64,000 bases of DNA from Rhodosorus marinus CCMP1338. Its lineage: Eukaryota > Plantae > Rhodophyta. The notes below the pieces were generated by a model. That model had not been told where the DNA came from. It made no database searches and saw only the letters and a list, made by a program, of their open reading frames with translations. Position numbers and translations under genes: made by a program. Positions 58,610-64,000 of this stretch are shown here, piece by piece (within the stretch, counting starts at the first letter, position 1; every line of letters starts with the position of its first letter). The DNA lies in NCBI GenBank assembly GCA_029953675.1, contig JAMWBK010000007.1:248001-312000 (forward strand), read 5' to 3'.

Positions 58610-60379
58610 CTATTGATCATTCGATGGGAGTGGTGCGGTCGATGGACTTGATACCTCGACCTTCTCGATCTCCTTCACAGCATTGAGGAGGAGGCTCAGC
58701 TGCGTTGAGTTCTGATCTATTGGTGCTTGTTGTCTCCTATTCGCCGGGGCATCTTGTTGCATCCTCGGTGCGTGGGAGTTGCTACTACGCTGCTTTCCCG
58801 CTGTACTTGAGTGCTTCGCAATAGCTGATGACTTCGGTTTGGGCTTCTCCGGACGCTTCATCTCGGTCGGCGGACGCACCACAGTGGGCTCGTGCTTCAC
58901 CATCGAAGACTTTTCCTCCCTCGAAGTGCCTGTCATGCCCTCGTTCGTGGGTGCTTCCTTGTTATCCAGTGGCACATCCTCCACCCCAGAACCCATGCGC
59001 TGCGGTGGGTCCTCCCCTCTACACTCTGCGCTTTTCTGAAGTTTAGCATTCATCGCTTGCCGGTGGCCATGAAAGTTCTCCAGAATGTTTTGATGGCTAC
59101 CACGTTCATGGTGAGAACTATGATTGTTCGAGAATGTTGGAACCGGCGGAAGTCCGTTCTGGCGGCGATGTAGCTCAAATAAGTACCGCGGATCGTTGCT
59201 CTGTGGCATCGGCGGATATACCGGCATGCCCGGTGCTGGCACGCCCGGTGGCGCGACGACTGGAGACGGAACGCCCGGTGGCGCGACGACTGGAGACGGA
59301 ACGCCCGGTGGAGCCACGACTGGAGACGGAACGCCCGGTGGAGCCACGACTGGAGACGGAACGCCCGGTGGAGCCACGACTAGCGATGGAACACCCGGTG
59401 GCGTGACGACTGGAGATGGAACACCCGGTGGCGTGACGACTGGAGATGGAACACCCGGTGGCGCGACGACTGGAGATGGAACACTCGGTGGCGCGACGAC
59501 TGGAGACGGTACACCCGGCGGCACATCCATCCCGTGGTGATGGGCACAGTCGCAATGGTGGTACATCGGTTGGTAGAAGAATCCACATTGCTGAACAGGT
59601 GGCGCGTGCTGACGCATCATCTCCCTCGGCATTCCAATCGGAGGCGAATGCCGATTGTACACGTTGTGTCCGCTAGGCGAATTGCAGCTGTGCGCGTAGC
59701 CGTGGCTGGAGTCGTCATATTGGTAGAAACTCATCGACGGTGAGGGCGTTCCGTAGGACATTGGGCTGTACCCATGTCGATCCGAGCCCAGGTTTGGGCT
59801 CTTATCACCATACCAGCTAAAATCTGGGCTGCTGTGCGATATGTCAGGCGAGGACATCGCTGGAGAGGACATAGATGATACGCCCGCGGTTTCGCTCCGT
59901 GGGACCGTGCTTGACGACGAGCCGTCCTTCTTCGGGTCTCCCCCTGATTTCCTCGAAGTCCATTTCCGCGCTTTGGGGATTCTGTGTTGGTCCTCTGAAC
60001 GTTCGCGAACTAGTCTTATGAAGTACTTTTGCGCATGGCTCCGAATCTGCTTTGCGGTTCGCGTCTGAACTTCCCGCTCCACCATCTTCCAGTTTCGCCC
60101 GTACTTCTCAAGGGCCATCTTAAAACGCTCATGTTCATCTTCCTTCCAGTTTTCTCTTTTGCCCGACGATGGGGACCTCCTGCCAGTATCCGACAAGCTC
60201 GGACTCAAGCAGCTCACTCCGCTCATCCCTCCCAGGGACAGGCTCGGGCTCTCGCTCGGTTTCCCCGAGACAAAACTCCGTTCCCTCTCCTCCGCCGTAT
60301 TCATTTCCATTCGCTTCTCTTCTCCTTCACAGAGCAGGCCCGAAATGGCCATCGATTTGGTCCCACCCTCCTCGCTCAT
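58610..60379 (-). CDS. Single-repeat MYB (SHAQKYF class, CCA1/RVE-like) transcription factor with Pro-rich tandem repeat
   Basis: RENWKEDEHERFKMALEKYGRNWKMVEREVQTRTAKQIRSHAQKYF; long intronless ORF; first ATG at 60379 (the track's start is TTG). Confidence 0.9.
   Translation of the reverse strand: MSEEGGTKSMAISGLLCEGEEKRMEMNTAEERERSFVSGKPSESPSLSLGGMSGVSCLSPSLSDTGRRSPSSGKRENWKEDEHERFKMALEKYGRNWKMVEREVQTRTAKQIRSHAQKYFIRLVRERSEDQHRIPKARKWTSRKSGGDPKKDGSSSSTVPRSETAGVSSMSSPAMSSPDISHSSPDFSWYGDKSPNLGSDRHGYSPMSYGTPSPSMSFYQYDDSSHGYAHSCNSPSGHNVYNRHSPPIGMPREMMRQHAPPVQQCGFFYQPMYHHCDCAHHHGMDVPPGVPSPVVAPPSVPSPVVAPPGVPSPVVTPPGVPSPVVTPPGVPSLVVAPPGVPSPVVAPPGVPSPVVAPPGVPSPVVAPPGVPSPVVAPPGVPAPGMPVYPPMPQSNDPRYLFELHRRQNGLPPVPTFSNNHSSHHERGSHQNILENFHGHRQAMNAKLQKSAECRGEDPPQRMGSGVEDVPLDNKEAPTNEGMTGTSREEKSSMVKHEPTVVRPPTEMKRPEKPKPKSSAIAKHSSTAGKQRSSNSHAPRMQQDAPANRRQQAPIDQNSTQLSLLLNAVKEIEKVEVSSPSTAPLPSNDQ
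59241..59520. repeat. Coding 30-bp tandem repeat, about 9.3 copies (PPGVPSPVVA)
   Basis: Unit acgcccggtggcgcgacgactggagacgga every 30 bp from 59241. Confidence 0.95.
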
Positions 60380-63300
60380 CCCTATTTCCAACTCAATAAT
60401 AGCAACATACTACACCGCACAACCCGCATAGCCTCGCCGACACCCCTCCCGCGCCCCAACTCCCAAACCCTTCCCCCCCGCGAACTACCGGCACTCCTTC
60501 CGTCTCACACACACTCACGAAACAAAACCCCCTGCCCAAGTTCCTGTGCCCATTCACGAGCGTACCTCCTCACTAGTTTACAAACTCCCCCCGTCCTTTA
60601 AAACGACACCAACCCTTTCCTTCCCTGCAACACTACTCGGCTCCCCCCTCTTCCGCACCTTACATTTATTGGAATCCTCAAAATCCCGCTCCAGTCCCCC
60701 CTGACGACTATTCCGTTAGAACGCAAGACCATCATTGCCAACCCCAGAGGTTGCATGGCAAGTATTGAGTAATCATATCAAACGAAAAGAAAAACCGCTA
60801 AATCTCACGCCAAATCCAAACAAAAAGCGAAATTCCGCCACCCTCTTAGCTTGCTTGCATAAGAGTGACCACCTTCTAAAGTTTGGCTTTCCCCCCCCCC
60901 CCTTCGTCCAGACAACAAACTAAAAATTCTTGGCTTCGAATGAGAAGGTTTGTTTTTTTGAGTATCAACCCAGGGGTAGTTCCTAGGGGTCCAGTGTTAG
61001 ATAGTTTTCAGATACTTCTAAGGCCAATAATTTGGAAGTTTTAACAAATTATTGTTCATGAAGATGACGTTCTGGGACTCGTCCGGTACTTGGTGTTTCC
61101 AACGCGTTAGCAGTTGATCTCCAGCATAATTCTTACCCCCCTCCGATACAATCCAAAAAAATTCATGATCGATGTCTATACCGAAAGATCCAATACAATC
61201 GTCATGTTTATAACTCAGTCAATTTAAGCAATATAATGTATTCGTAGAAATAACACCCCATGCGGGATGTTTTGATTGAATATCGAGCGTGACACTTTGA
61301 TCGAAGTTTGCAATTTGCCGGCCTGTGCGTACGAAGCGGAAGAGCGGTTGAGGCAGGGGGGTTCGTGGTGGCGTTTGGATGCGCCACCACAGCGAATATG
61401 GAGATGTATGATTGGACAGCGTTGAAAAAGATTCGTTGATGCTGCAGAGATGTGATTGGATAACGACCTTCTAAAGATCGGGAAGGACGATATAGCCAGA
61501 TTCTGGGAGAATCTGATTGGAAAAAGAAAAAAAGCCACTTTTGGGAGAAGCAATCAGTCTTTGGTTTTGGGTTTTGATTCCGTGTTTTGCAGTCCTGCAA
61601 CTAATGAAATATTCAACAAAAAGACATGAAACTCTCTCGTTAGATGAATAAGGCATACGGGGAGTGACCAGCGAAAGGCGTTCCAATCTTGATCAAGGGG
61701 GTAGCAATTAAGAGGCTCTGTTCGAGGTGTGATTGGAGATCAGAGAAAAATGTTACATTATTTGTGCACTTTCCTGAAAGGTTACATACTCGCAGGGGTG
61801 GCGGTTCATTTGTCCTGCACTAAACAGCATTCGGCTCATTGGAAGAGAATTCTCTATCACGTCATGAACACGTACTTTGGATCAATGGTTAGGGGGAGGC
61901 GAGTATATTTTTTTCGACGGCGAATTGTCTATTTGATTTTATTTATTCTATCAAAGTGTATTGTGTGAAAAATGGACAGGAGGGGTAGAAAATTGCTTTC
62001 AAGTTTATGGTAGATGTTATGAAAACCCCCGTTTCCATCATGCTTTTTAAAATTTCTTCCCTGCGAAAATATGATATTTATTTTAATAAATTGAAATCCT
62101 CTCCGCCTCCGTGTAGCCTTCTCGCTGCTTTCTTTCTACCCCAGCAAGCGAAAAGGAAGGAAACAATACAACTGTTCGCAGATTTTTGGCCGCGTCTTCG
62201 TCTATATATTGGATTATTTTTGGGCGGTTTGGAATTCGAAATATCTGCAGCCCCCCCCCACGCCACTTTTTTTGGACCTTTCGCCGCTTCCGCGTTCTCA
62301 AATATCTCTTGAAGACAAAAACAAAATACTAATGGGCCGAAGAAAGTATTGCCACATACTCTTTGAAATATTTCTAGAAAAACAGTAGTCTCCTCCTCAC
62401 TCTCAATTGCTCAAAAATTTTAAGTAGCGAAAGTATCGGCGTCCTCTATCAATTATTTCAGAAGTACCTCGTAATAACTATTTATATATACAATACGAAA
62501 GAAAAATTGATCCATTCCAGACCGAACAAAGGGTTTCAGTGTTCGTATACGGTAGGTACGTCTTTTGGATCGTTGTTCTCCTAAAGAACCATGTGGTCCC
62601 GCCATCAAGGCACTGCTTGAATATTGGAAAATTCCGAAACGTTGGAATATTCACCAATCAACTTGCTCTCTGATATTTTTGACTCAGGGGCTACCGTTTC
62701 TTGTTTGAGGGTACAATATTATCTTGAAAAAATCAGCGCTTTGCTCGGTCGAGCTTTCCACACCACTAGCAGCCCTCCGCCCAATCAAAATACCGACTTG
62801 GAATTGTCGTTTCCCTGTTTCTTGGAGTACTTCGGGAAAATTTTCTGAAAACATCTTGGCGAGATGGATTCTCCGGGACAAAATGGTGGCGTATTATGCA
62901 TGGAAACAACGCCGAGTGTTCGGGTGAGGTGATTGGTTCTCCATTGTGATTGGCGGTTATTGAGAATCAATCTCCGAGAAGAAGTTTATTGGAAGAAAAT
63001 TGGGTGGATTTTCTGGGTACACAAGTTTTCGACCACAATTCTATGATTTGTTTTTAATGAGCATGATGGGCTATTTGCGCCATTACCTGAACAAGGCCCA
63101 ATTTCGAAGCATGCACGTGGGAATACAGCAAACGTCGATTAAACCTCCAAGCGACAAATTTTGAAGTTTAATATGAAATTCATGATCACAATCTTTCCCA
63201 ACGGAGGCAGTCCTTTGCAGGAGCTGATCGGGGAGATAGCGACGGATGCGAAACTGTTTCTTTCCCGAATCTGTCTGGTGCTGGTGAACCTATGGATGCC

Positions 63301-64000
63301 TCCCCGGTGGAGGGGATTTCGACGCAGTGCATTTCTTCAAGTACACGCCTGACAAAGTCGTCAAGCGCCCCTGCGCCGCAGGCAGGCTTGGTCCAGGCAG
63401 AGGCCACATAGAAAAATGCGCTAGGTCTGCCGAGCTGAAATCATCATCGACGCTATGGGTAATATAGCCAGGACAGAGTTTGTAACCAAAGAAACCGGTG
63501 AGTTACCCTACGAGCTCAAAGACTATTGATCCGAGTTACTTGACGAGGCCGGGACGGAATTCACAATCTCAACAAAGAGAGCGGATAGAGCAAGCTCTCC
63601 TCGTAGTCCGGTTCGCGCTCACGGAGATGTACCATCCCTAAGACCCTTGTCTTCCATAACATATGATTCAAATGCGAAAGAATCGTTGGCCCACGACACG
63701 CAACAAGGATTCCTCCCAGTAAGAGATACCCACGAAAAGGAAGCGTCTTCCCCCTCATCAATCGTAGCACATCATCGTAGCACAGCCAAGGGGCAGCTAG
63801 ACCGATGCTTCCAAACTACGCACAGTCCGGCTCGGCAGTCACTAGTCTCCAGTCCATCAACACCAGCCCACTAATAAATCAACTTCATTCAGAGGAATCC
63901 CGCAGTCAATTAAAAAATACCAGATTGATGTCAGCAATAGAATTCACACCCCCTTTTGATGTTACGTATTCTGCAAGTTTTCTCACTTTCTGATACATTC

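Noticed and set aside
63161-63530. Possible exons (tag|VCRAEIIIDAMGNIARTEFVTKET|gtgag)
   Set aside because: One plausible exon only, with no start, partner exons or family signal.

Overview
Eukaryotic nuclear DNA, compact and intron-containing (most introns about 72-180 nt, GT-AG). Plastid-type N-termini (MSGFV, MAGFI, MFV), a host-type cytosolic 6PGD and the Copia/CRE-type repeats suggest a red alga (inference). The ORF track splits most genes and includes many antisense shadows, so gene models were rebuilt by hand from splice sites and reading-frame phase. All family assignments are from recalled motifs; no search was run. Genes: thioredoxin-fold protein, atypical ARF GTPase, FolD, a large plastid membrane protein (possibly Tic110-like), DPM2 (missed by the track), two paralogous C2H2 zinc-finger genes, UAP56/SUB2, a YEATS protein, 6PGD and G6PD arranged head-to-head, cytosolic AspRS and a SHAQKYF MYB. 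Repeats: a Copia RT relic, four fragments of a CRE-like non-LTR retrotransposon, an internally deleted chromovirus with two LTRs, a 10-bp satellite, long hairpins, and a disrupted class II aldolase/adducin pseudogene. Top candidate for a novel system: an 11-exon gene at 42248-45355 (-) encoding a 744-aa protein. It has an MGN N-terminus, a Macro-like domain, a TIR domain (catalytic Glu apparently changed to Ala) and an intact TKL/Raf-like kinase. This looks like a bacterial-style Macro-TIR module fused to a eukaryotic kinase, possibly a one-chain immune or ADP-ribose signalling device.
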